Below, piece by piece: positions 17,201 through 25,600 of a stretch of DNA of 64,000 nucleotides; the first letter of the stretch is position 1, and each line of letters starts with the position of its first letter. Origin of the DNA: Candidatus Aenigmatarchaeota archaeon. GTDB taxonomy: Archaea > Aenigmatarchaeota > Aenigmatarchaeia > CG10238-14 > SpSt-28. The position numbers and the translations under genes are program-made. The DNA is taken from positions 397,152-461,151 of the forward strand of contig JAWBNO010000001.1 of assembly GCA_039000725.1 (NCBI GenBank), given 5' to 3'. The notes under the pieces were generated by a model. It searched no databases, was not told the origin of the DNA, and saw only the letters and a list, made by a program, of their open reading frames with translations.

Positions 17201-20200
17201 GTCGTCCCGATGCCGACGTTGCCTTCAGACTGATAAATTACACTATTACCCAAAGTTGATGAAGAAGTCCAAATTGGAATATAATTAGTGCTTCCACTTC
17301 CATTAACAACTCCTTGAGTAGCATTAATTTGAATGCAAGTTAAAGTATCTCCTATTGCTTGAACTGCATATCCAGCAGGACAAGCAGGAGGATAATTAGT
17401 TAAATTACCCCAACCTAGAAAATCTGTTCCAAAAGCTATACTTATTGTTCTGCTTGTTGACAAATCACCACCTCCAGTTAATCCTGCTCCAGCAGTTATA
17501 CTTGGATATCCAGATAATTTGCTCCATGCTATTCCTGCTGTTGCTGAAATATCTGCATTTGTAATGGTCCCATCAGCAATCTTAGCACTAGTAACAGCAT
17601 TATCGGCTAATTCATTTGTTCCTACAACTCCTGCTCCCAATTGAAGATTATTATAGGTACCAGAAACATCCCCATTAAAATTAGTTGCTGTAGTTAATAC
17701 CAAATTACCTCCAGAATAAACACTATCACCATACACATTATCACCATACACATTTACTCCATACACATTCCTCCATTTATTACTAGAATTACCCAAATCA
17801 AATTGATTGGTAAAAATAGGAATCATACTTCCATTAACATTTAAAGTAGCAACATTAACATAGCTCAAATTACCAGCAATAAAAACATTTTTATTAAACC
17901 AAACATTTTCATTAAATGTTTGTGGTTGAGTCCATACTTGACTTCTATTTAACCAAGCTATATTACTATCTAACCTTGCAGAAGAAATTATTCCAGAAAC
18001 AATTTGACTAGCATCAATAGCAATGCTAACATTGCTTGCAGAAGTTATTCTTCCATATTGATCAACTTGAATTTGAGGTACTTGTGAAGCAGAACCATAA
18101 GTCCCTGCTGTTACACCAGATGTAGCTAAGCTAATTGTTGGTATCCATCCCTCTCCTGGTGTTCCTGAAACAACAATTCCAGTTCCTGCAGTTATATTCT
18201 TAATATAGTCTCCTTCTGTATCTGTTCCTAAATAAATAGTTTCCCAAACAGGTTGATTATTCGCACCTTGCGATTTTAAGAATTGTCCACTATTTCCAAA
18301 AGATAAAGAACCTATTGTGCTACTTCCAGTCCAATAAGCTAAAGCATTTGTTGTTCCTGAACCAGAAACATTTCCAACTCCAGCTGTTGCATTAATTTGT
18401 ATGCATTCATACGTTCCACCACCGATTACTCTTAAGGCAAATCCAACTGGACAAGAGGTTTGATTTATTTTAGCTAAAGTTACGTTGTTATTAGCTATCA
18501 TGCTAGTTGTTATGCTATCAACTTGACCTTCATTTACAAATCTTGAATCGTAAGCAGAACCAGTATAATAAGGTGTAGTTAGTGTTAAATAATTGTTTTG
18601 GTCTAAAGCAAAAACAGAAGTATTATAATTAAATCCAATTGTTCTTGAACTTCCACTTCCACTTACAGTAATTGGTGCATTTGTATTAATTGTATCAATT
18701 ACTTGATTGTTACCTTGATAAATAACACTTGCTCTTACAGATTGAGTTGCATTTACATTAGTTGCATTAACCCATCTCCACCTATTGGTTAAACTACCTA
18801 AATCATAAGTATTATCACTAGAAGGAATTAAATTAGTTCCAACATTAGCTATATTTTGCAATACTCTTCCAGAAGTTATTATTTGAGTTGTGCCAACATA
18901 ATAACTATTAGCATAAATATTGCTGCTAGCATTTACATTAGTTGCATTAATCCAATTTGCATTGTAAATTGAATAACCTTGCATGTTAACATTTCCAGAA
19001 GGAGAAAAAGTTCCATATATGTTAACTGCATATATATTTTTCCACCTATTACTAGAGCTACCTAAATCATAAGAATTATCACTAGAAGGAACAAAATGTG
19101 TATTAATTCCTATTGCTGAACCAGTATCATAGATGTATCTTGAAGTTTGAATACCATCTTCTTCAGTTGTGGTTCCAGGGTAAATTTGTCCAGCAACATA
19201 TAACCTTCCTTGACTATCTACACTTAATTTTTCTTGTCCAGCATTGTGCCCTCTTATTAAATATCCAGTAAATCCACTTCTACAAGCAATATAAGCAGTT
19301 GGTGCTGTTGTTGGAGTAGTGGTTGTTCTTACTCTTATCCAATAAGCAGAAACTTCATTAACGGTATCTGTAGCCCAATCTGTCGGAGAAGACCAGGTAA
19401 CAGTTCCATCTCTCGTTAAATTCTTTGTTTCATCAGAGCTTAAAGTTAAAGTATTCCATACTCCATTACCTACTGAATACTCCCAAACTAAATTTAAACC
19501 TGCTCCTGCAGTAGCAATATCGAATTGTAGTTGATAGAATTTACCAGTTGTTAGACCAAAATACATTATATCATCAGTATCAGCCAATAAAGTAAATGCT
19601 GAACCACCAGATTGGCAAGCTGTTGTTGTTCTATCTGTAAATGCTGATCCATCATAATAGAAAACTTTTGAAAGAGTAGCATCTGCCATGCTTAACCTCA
19701 GAGCATCTCCTGTAAATAGGCTATAAGCTTGTGAACCATAGAAAATATAGCCAGTTCTTGCGCTATCTGTGTAACCTTGAATTGCAGTTCCTGAACCTGA
19801 AGTTATTTGAGCAAAAACACCACTCGCTCCTTGGAAATATCCACCCCATGACATTAAGCTATTGCCTCTTACTCCATAATGAGAGTCACTATATCCATAA
19901 ATTCCTGGACTTGTTTTTGAAGAACCATAAATTGCTTGTCCATAGTCAGATGAATAGGAACCAAAAGTATAAGAATATAAACCTCTTGAAGAGAAAGCAT
20001 AAACATAATATATTAAGCTTTTTGCTTCTGGAATCCAAGATGAGCCATCCCAATACACATGGTTTGAGATATCTGTAGTTGAGTTTAAGTAAATGTCATC
20101 ACTTTCCAAACCTCCCCCTCTTTCAATTATTATCCAATAATAAGTATTGGTTGTTAAAGAAGAGTGTCTTAAACCGAAATAATACCATGCTCCACTTGTT

Positions 20201-22347
20201 GAAATCCTATTTGCATAAAGAGTTTGACCAGTGGCTAAACTGCTTCCAGGAACTCCCCCGTTGTCCGAATACAATCTTACTCTTATCCAACCATTTACAG
20301 CAGCCTTTATACTCCTCTTTATATAAAGTGCAACACCTGCTATATTAGTATAGCTACCAGAATTGAACCTAAAACCTTCCATAGTCCAATTTAATTCTTC
20401 AGGAATTTGTCCTGTTGTTTGAGATGCAATTACATTATCATTTGAAACTATATAAGCTATTTGAGAACCTTCTGAATTAAGATTTTTCCTTACATCCAAA
20501 GTGTAGCCTGCATCCCCCCCACCTATTCTCAAGCCAGTGGAAGTTAATGTCATTATCTCAGTACCAGTAGAAACCGAAGTTCCACCAATTCTCCATCTAA
20601 ATCTGCTGTTAGACCAATCTGTTAATGTTCCTGATTCTATTCCAGTGCCATAGGTATTTGAATACCAGTATATTTTATCTCCTGTTTCGTCATAAAAATC
20701 AATTTGCCCACCAGAGCCTAAAACTATATCTCCTCTTAGGTTTGCTGAAGTTCCTGATGAAGCTGGGTTAATGTAATAAGTTGTTCCTTCATCATATATA
20801 GCTTCACTAATGTAAATACTTCCGGTAGCATTAATATCTCCAACTACATCTAATTTTTTGATTGGTGAAGTTGTTCCAATTCCAACATTACCCAAAAAGA
20901 AAACATTTCTGTTATAATCCCAGTCTATGGGAATCATCGAACCAATTAATCTACTTCCACTATAAAAAGAAGGAGAATAGTAAGCAATTTCTCTAATAAT
21001 TAGCTCCCATGTTGTACCAGCACTTCTATTTAATTCTATATCTATTCTTAAATATCGCCTCCATAAACTATTGGTGGGTATTATTCTAGTACAATCGAAA
21101 CATCCAATAACTGAGTTAATTTCTTTAAGGACTCCTACATTATTTGTAATCTGGAAATCATCAGCGTGTTCTACCTTTAGATAACTAATAGAGGGTGCGT
21201 GTTGTAGATATAAAACTAATTGTTGAGCAGGAGTTACATAGTTACCACCAAAATCATAATATAATCTTATTCTAGAATTATCTGGAGTATAATTATAATT
21301 AATTAAAGCAATAGCAGTAGATGGTTTTCCATCTGTTAAATAACCCCAAGTAGCAGCAGTAGTTATGTCTTCCCAATCGGTTCCATTCCATTTTTCAACT
21401 TTATATGGAGTTCTAAATCCTAAAGCATTATCTACATAAGGTGTCATTGTCAATAAGTTTGATCCAGAAGCACTAATACCTGTAGCAGAATTTGGAGTAA
21501 CGGTATCAACTATCACACTTTCTGTACTTCTTATACTTCCAGCAACATCCAATTTTTGAGTTGGTGAAGTTGTTCCAATTCCAACTCTATCATTAGTTGA
21601 ATCTACATATAAAGTTCCACTATCTATATTCATTGGACCAGCAGCAGTAATTTGATTAATATTAGCCAAATTTCTAGAACTATCAATAACATTAGTACCA
21701 CCTATTTGCAATGCACCGCTAACAATGTTTAAATTACCGCTTGTTATCCATACATTTCCTTGTGTTTGATTAATAAAAGAATTTCCTAAAGTTGAAGAAG
21801 AAGTCCAAATTGGAATATAATTAGTGCTTCCACTTCCAGTAACATTTCCATACAAATTAATATCAACACAAGTAACACTCCCATCTACATTAATAACTTG
21901 AATTGCTTTACTACCACTACAACTTCCAGTAATTCTTTTTTGAGTTTCTGTAAAATTAACTCCAAGAATTATATTTCCAGATAGGCTTTGAGTAGAAACA
22001 TTTAAACCAGAACCAATAGGTGTTATTATTGATGGATAATTAGTTAAATTACCCCAACCAAGTTTTCCCACCCAGTTAACATTTAAATCATAACCACTTA
22101 ATAAATTCCAAGGTACTATTCCCCCTCTTAAAGTTCCACTGAAATAAATATCTCCAATAACATGTAAAGGATATAAAGGAAAACTAGTATTAATTCCAAG
22201 GTAAGTAACATTAGTAATGTTAAATCCATACATGTTTAAACTAACATCAATTGGTTTGATTTGGCTTAAAGGATGGCTTTGTTCTTGAGCAAAAGAAATA
22301 GAAAAAATTAGTAGGAATAGTAAGGTTAATGAAATTACCCACTTCAT
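14266..22347 (-). CDS. Giant (2693 aa) secreted surface/adhesin-like protein with tail-fibre-like GNVGIGTTSP repeats
   Basis: Signal peptide; about ten (GN/DR/GK)VGIGTTxPxxxLDVxG units; PSSDNxYDLGS repeats; GVTAGTYGSASQVPQIQVDQYGRITSA and NAVTSAKIADGTIT fibre motifs; rich in G/S/T/N. Confidence 0.9.
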   Translation of the reverse strand: MKWVISLTLLFLLIFSISFAQEQSHPLSQIKPIDVSLNMYGFNITNVTYLGINTSFPLYPLHVIGDIYFSGTLRGGIVPWNLLSGYDLNVNWVGKLGWGNLTNYPSIITPIGSGLNVSTQSLSGNIILGVNFTETQKRITGSCSGSKAIQVINVDGSVTCVDINLYGNVTGSGSTNYIPIWTSSSTLGNSFINQTQGNVWITSGNLNIVSGALQIGGTNVIDSSRNLANINQITAAGPMNIDSGTLYVDSTNDRVGIGTTSPTQKLDVAGSIRSTESVIVDTVTPNSATGISASGSNLLTMTPYVDNALGFRTPYKVEKWNGTDWEDITTAATWGYLTDGKPSTAIALINYNYTPDNSRIRLYYDFGGNYVTPAQQLVLYLQHAPSISYLKVEHADDFQITNNVGVLKEINSVIGCFDCTRIIPTNSLWRRYLRIDIELNRSAGTTWELIIREIAYYSPSFYSGSRLIGSMIPIDWDYNRNVFFLGNVGIGTTSPIKKLDVVGDINATGSIYISEAIYDEGTTYYINPASSGTSANLRGDIVLGSGGQIDFYDETGDKIYWYSNTYGTGIESGTLTDWSNSRFRWRIGGTSVSTGTEIMTLTSTGLRIGGGDAGYTLDVRKNLNSEGSQIAYIVSNDNVIASQTTGQIPEELNWTMEGFRFNSGSYTNIAGVALYIKRSIKAAVNGWIRVRLYSDNGGVPGSSLATGQTLYANRISTSGAWYYFGLRHSSLTTNTYYWIIIERGGGLESDDIYLNSTTDISNHVYWDGSSWIPEAKSLIYYVYAFSSRGLYSYTFGSYSSDYGQAIYGSSKTSPGIYGYSDSHYGVRGNSLMSWGGYFQGASGVFAQITSGSGTAIQGYTDSARTGYIFYGSQAYSLFTGDALRLSMADATLSKVFYYDGSAFTDRTTTACQSGGSAFTLLADTDDIMYFGLTTGKFYQLQFDIATAGAGLNLVWEYSVGNGVWNTLTLSSDETKNLTRDGTVTWSSPTDWATDTVNEVSAYWIRVRTTTTPTTAPTAYIACRSGFTGYLIRGHNAGQEKLSVDSQGRLYVAGQIYPGTTTEEDGIQTSRYIYDTGSAIGINTHFVPSSDNSYDLGSSSNRWKNIYAVNIYGTFSPSGNVNMQGYSIYNANWINATNVNASSNIYANSYYVGTTQIITSGRVLQNIANVGTNLIPSSDNTYDLGSLTNRWRWVNATNVNATQSVRASVIYQGNNQVIDTINTNAPITVSGSGSSRTIGFNYNTSVFALDQNNYLTLTTPYYTGSAYDSRFVNEGQVDSITTSMIANNNVTLAKINQTSCPVGFALRVIGGGTYECIQINATAGVGNVSGSGTTNALAYWTGSSTIGSLSFGNSGQFLKSQGANNQPVWETIYLGTDTEGDYIKNITAGTGIVVSGTPGEGWIPTISLATSGVTAGTYGSASQVPQIQVDQYGRITSASNVSIAIDASQIVSGIISSARLDSNIAWLNRSQVWTQPQTFNENVWFNKNVFIAGNLSYVNVATLNVNGSMIPIFTNQFDLGNSSNKWRNVYGVNVYGDNVYGDSVYSGGNLVLTTATNFNGDVSGTYNNLQLGAGVVGTNELADNAVTSAKIADGTITNADISATAGIAWSKLSGYPSITAGAGLTGGGDLSTSRTISIAFGTDFLGWGNLTNYPPACPAGYAVQAIGDTLTCIQINATQGVVNGSGSTNYIPIWTSSSTLGNSVIYQSEGNVGIGTTTPKGTLHTKGTLYITGTDAYTPANVPPLHTDSSDTALFVPTTTDGNLDLRLYIDDDVGDRFSIWGNSCGGGACQNLAYSSEVARFMGSGQIYLKGNVGIGTTSPIKKLDVVGDINATQAIYSSQGYYIGTTQIVDSSRNLANIGNIAMSGSLNIGGTTVIDSSRNIYGVLLNGTRVNATEYYVGSQRIVDSSRNLENIQAISMSGNLNIGGSTVITSGRVLQNIANVGTNLIPSSDNTYDLGSLTNRWRWVNATNINATQSVRASQICIGNDCRSAWPTLTETDPYWSGNISSISSNYLIKRSSTGISQSIIYDTGTNIGIGTTSPTQKLDVAGNINSSIYYDRENSTFYLDPSGTISGKVAGTFIIGGGQGGSSGAYLELPAHSNDWLRIIGNVSGTQSRMILEAGDDAGQDEIILYVRNWNETDKPRRYALTVGYDYLIVNASLRSVATENSYFMGNVGIGTTSPIKKLDVVGDINATQAIYSSQGYYIGTTQIVDSSRNLANINQITAAGPMNIDSGTLYVDSANDRVGIGTTNPQVKLDVNDRARIGVATENAWTTTYGLAVGSLAQDYPATGGWKTSGGFNTNLLLNALDTSSITFVDEGHSLSAITYNAGLFTIGKDVGWGAKNVYFPGNVGIGTTSPTEKLDVSGNIKLSNTASPQIKIVTTGGNLADSGSINWIEGNTYWSLMKRGSTYSEPNRLHLSYYDGSQWKAALEVDINQNTYFFGKVGIGTTNPQAELDIKGNLRLSDNSGQPFIRFYNTNYGKESRFNRWANRLELMTDRFEINGIIGNEPIASFDNSTKYSIFYGNVGIGTISPSYKLDVAGTIRAQDVFGPGGQNLIIGDDVFLTDIDTANTLGIYGLQDSTQAHIKLGSNGPVISGYNGNVGIGTTSPIKKLDVVGDINATQAIYSSQGYYIGSQRIVDSSRNIINVNWVNATNVNISSNLLVSNIADSNNFIRIQLDAVNKNVIIRVG
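14438..16911. repeat. Dispersed direct repeat A inside giant gene (98-nt core; copies 14438-14535, 15725-15822, 16814-16911; partial copy near 20826-20892)
   Basis: First two copies read identical and the third has 2 mismatches; encodes VGIGTTSPIKKLDVVGDINATQAIYSSQGYYIG. Confidence 0.92.
15596..21686. repeat. Dispersed direct repeat C inside giant gene (115 nt; copies 15596-15710 and 21572-21686)
   Basis: 2 mismatches by eye; encodes DSSRNLANINQITAAGPMNIDSGTLYVDSxNDRVGIGT. Confidence 0.9.
16409..18879. repeat. Dispersed direct repeat B inside giant gene (149 nt; copies 16409-16557 and 18731-18879)
   Basis: 1 mismatch by eye; encodes ITSGRVLQNIANVGTNLIPSSDNTYDLGSLTNRWRWVNATNxNATQSVRA. Confidence 0.92.
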
Positions 22348-22475
22348 CTTTCTAACCCTCTTTTTATTAATTCTAAAATTGCTTCTTTTTTTGTTCTTAG
22401 TCCTTTTTTTAGCATGTATTCTTTAATTTTTCTATCCATTTCATCATCCAGTATTATTGGAAATATTTTGGACAT
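22344..22475 (-). CDS. Ribbon-helix-helix (CopG/Arc-like) DNA-binding protein, 43 aa (not in ORF track)
   Basis: MSKIFPIILDDEMDRKIKEYMLKKGLRTKKEAILELIKRGLER fits the strand-helix-G-turn-helix RHH pattern; its TGA overlaps the giant gene ATG (ATGA). Confidence 0.8.
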   Translation of the reverse strand: MSKIFPIILDDEMDRKIKEYMLKKGLRTKKEAILELIKRGLER

Positions 22476-22487
22476 AAAATCAACTAC

Positions 22488-22562
22488 TACTAAGTAGTAT
22501 ACTAATTAGTAATATTATACTTATCATACTAATTAGTAGTATTATTACTATAAATACTTTTC
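22488..22562 (-). promoter_or_regulatory. BRE/TATA promoter overlapped by an array of palindromic TACTAATTAGTA operators
   Basis: Minus-strand GAAAAG (22557-22562) and TTTATA (22549-22554); perfect palindromes at 22500-22511 and 22527-22538; one-mismatch copy at 22488-22499. Confidence 0.7.
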
Positions 22563-22674
22563 TATTCAAAAACATAAATTTTCAAGTTTTCAAAAGAACG
22601 CTTTCAAAAAATTTTCCTTTTAATTTAAGTTTTTTAAATAGGTTTGAAAATAAAATTCATATTGGGTGAATGTT

Positions 22675-25600
22675 ATGGGAATAAAAGAAAGAATTGTAAA
22701 AATTAATGATTTTGTTTGGGAAATACCAAAAATAAAACCATGTATGAAAGTTCCTGGTAGAGTTTATCTTTCTGAGAAGTTGTTAAAAGAAGTAGAAGAA
22801 GGGGCATTAGAGCAAGTATCTAATGTTGCTTGCTTGCCAGGAATTCAAAAATATTCATTAGCAATGCCAGATATGCACTTCGGTTATGGTTTTTGTCTTC
22901 CAGGGAATTCTAGGGTTTATCTAAATTTTGGAACTTATTTAAATATAAATGAAATAAAGGAAAACCAAAAAGTTATAGTTTTTAATCCAAAAGAAAGAAT
23001 TTTGGAAGAATCTAAAGTAGTTAAATTTTATTGTTTAGAGCCTTATACCAAATTAATAAAGATAAAAACAAAGTTTGGTTTTGAATTAAAAGCAACTTCA
23101 GATCACCCAATTTTAACAATAAATGGGTTTTTACCATCAGAAAAAATAGAAGTAGGGGAAAAAATATTTGTTTCTCCATTTGAAGGCGTTAAATATGAAG
23201 AGCCATCTGATGAAATAATATTAAGTGAAGAAGATTTAGTAAAGAAAATGAAGAAGTTAGGTTTTTCTGAGGAAAGAGTAAAAATAAATTTGAAAAAATT
23301 GAAATCTAGAGATTTAATTCCATTAAGATATTCAAGTTCAAAACTCCCCTACTTACTAAAGTTGATTGGTTTTCTGCTGGGAGATGGATTTATGAATTTT
23401 ATTGGAAAAAGAAAAGATGGTATTATTGATTTTGCTTCTTCAAAAAAAGAAAATTTGGAGTTAATAAGAAATGATATTATTGCTCTAGGTTATACACCTT
23501 CAAAAATTTATGAATTTAAAAGAGAAAAATATACTTATTATGTTGTTTATGTTAATGCATCTTCGCTATTATGTTTACTTTATGCTTTAGGAATACCAAT
23601 AGGAAAAAAAGTTGAACAAAAGTTTGATGTACCAAAATGGATATTCAATTGTAAGTTATGGCAAATAAGATTGTTTTTAGCTGCCTTTTTTGGAGCAGAG
23701 CTGAGAATTCCATATAAAAGAAAAGATAGAAACCTATTTTTACCATTAACTTTGCAGCAAAATAAAAAAGAATTGAAAAATGGAATTAAATTCTTATCTT
23801 CAATATCGAAACTTCTAAGTTTATTTGATGTAAAAAGTGTAATTAGAGTTAGAAAAAAAAGAAGAAAAAATTATGAAATAGAGTTGAGAATTAATTCTCA
23901 AATAGATAATCTTATAAGATTTTTCAAGCACATAAATTATGAATATAATTTAAAAAGAAGATTAATGGCTAATATTTCGCTCCTTTATTTAATCTACTAT
24001 AAAAAGCTTCTAGAGGAAAAATTGAAGAAAGTTGAGATGATAAAAAATTTATCTCATTTAAAAAGTTCAGAAATTGCCGAAATTTTGGGTATGGATTTAA
24101 GGTATATTCAATTTGTTAGAACTAAAATTAGAAGAGGGGAAGAATTAATTGTAAAATTGCAAAAAGATGAAGTAATAAGTTTTGAGAATTTTATTCAATC
24201 ATTAAAAGTTGTTTCTCCTGATATATTTTTAGATGAAGTAGTTGAAGTAGAAGGATGCGAGAGTTTAGAAAAAGTTTATGATATAACAGTTGAAAGTGAG
24301 TTTCATAATTTTATAGCAAATGGAATTATAGTTTCTAATTGCATAGGAGGAGTTGCTGCCTTAGATTATTATGAAGGCGGAATTTCACCTGGAGGAGTAG
24401 GTTATGACATAAACTGCCTTAGCAAAGATGCAAAAATTCTTTCTAAGTATGGTTATTATAAAGAAATTCATGAATTTGAAAATGAAATAGAGGAAGAAAG
24501 AATAAAGTGTATGAATTTTGAAGAAAAAAGAGAAGAAGATACGGGAATAATAAGGTTTATAAAAATTAAGCCAAAGAACAAAGTATTTAAGTTGAGAACT
24601 TTTGGTGGCTATGAAATAATAGCTACGGAAGATCATCCATTTTATACACCATATGGAATGGTTCCTTTGAAATACATAAAAGAAGGTAATATAGTTGCGA
24701 TGTATACTTTTAAAGGTGTTAAATATGAAGAACCAACAGATGAAATAATTATTGATGAAGAAAAAATAAAAAGTTTGGACATACCATGTGACAAAGAAAA
24801 AGTTATATTTGAGCTTAAAAAAAGAAATTTGTTGCCTTTGAGGATGAATTCTAAAAAATTACCAATTCTAATTAAAGTTTTGGCATATAATGTGGGTGAT
24901 GGAACTTTGTTCTTTACAAAAAATAGCAATAAAGGTTATGCATGGTTTTATGGAAAAAAAGAAGATTTAGAATTAATAAGAAAAGATATTCTAGAGTTAG
25001 GTTTTAAGCCATCTAAAGTTTATTCAAGAAAGAGAAAACATAGAATAAGAAATAAGCATAGCTTTGTTAATTTTGAAACTGTAGAATACGGTTTTAAAGT
25101 ATCTTCTAATTCTTTCGTTACTCTTTTATACGCTCTAGGAGCTCCTTTAGGAGAAAAAACAACGAAAGAGTTTTCAGTTCCCGATTGGCTACTTAAATCT
25201 CCTCTTTGGTACAAGAGATTATTTTTAGCTTGTTTTTTTGATGCTGAAATGAGTAAGCCTAAGGTAATGAAAAATCATAATTATACATTTTACATGCCTT
25301 ATGTATCAATTAACAAATCTACAAAATTAATTGAAAATGGAAGGAAATTTATTACTCAAATAGCCTTTCTTTTAAGAGAATTTGGAATAAGGTGCAAAAT
25401 TAGAGAGGCGGAAGAGTATAACAATAAAAAATCTGGAAAAACTAAAAGTATTAAACTTTTAATATATTCTGATACTGAAAATTTACTTAGACTTTATGAG
25501 TTAATAGGTTTTGAATATAGTTTGGAAAAGAAAAGGTTAGCAGCTGCAGCCATACTTTATCTTAGACTAAAAAACATAATAGTTAACTTAAGAGCAAATG

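Noticed and set aside
14266-22347. Provirus or diversity-generating retroelement explanation for the tail-fibre-like gene
   Set aside because: No capsid, terminase, integrase or reverse transcriptase nearby; the protein has a signal peptide; repeat copies are nearly identical and in-frame rather than an adenine-mutated TR/VR pair; no S74 chaperone motif at the C-terminus
22483-22550. CRISPR-like or iteron array
   Set aside because: Units are 12-bp palindromes without unique spacers and no cas or rep gene is present; an operator array fits better
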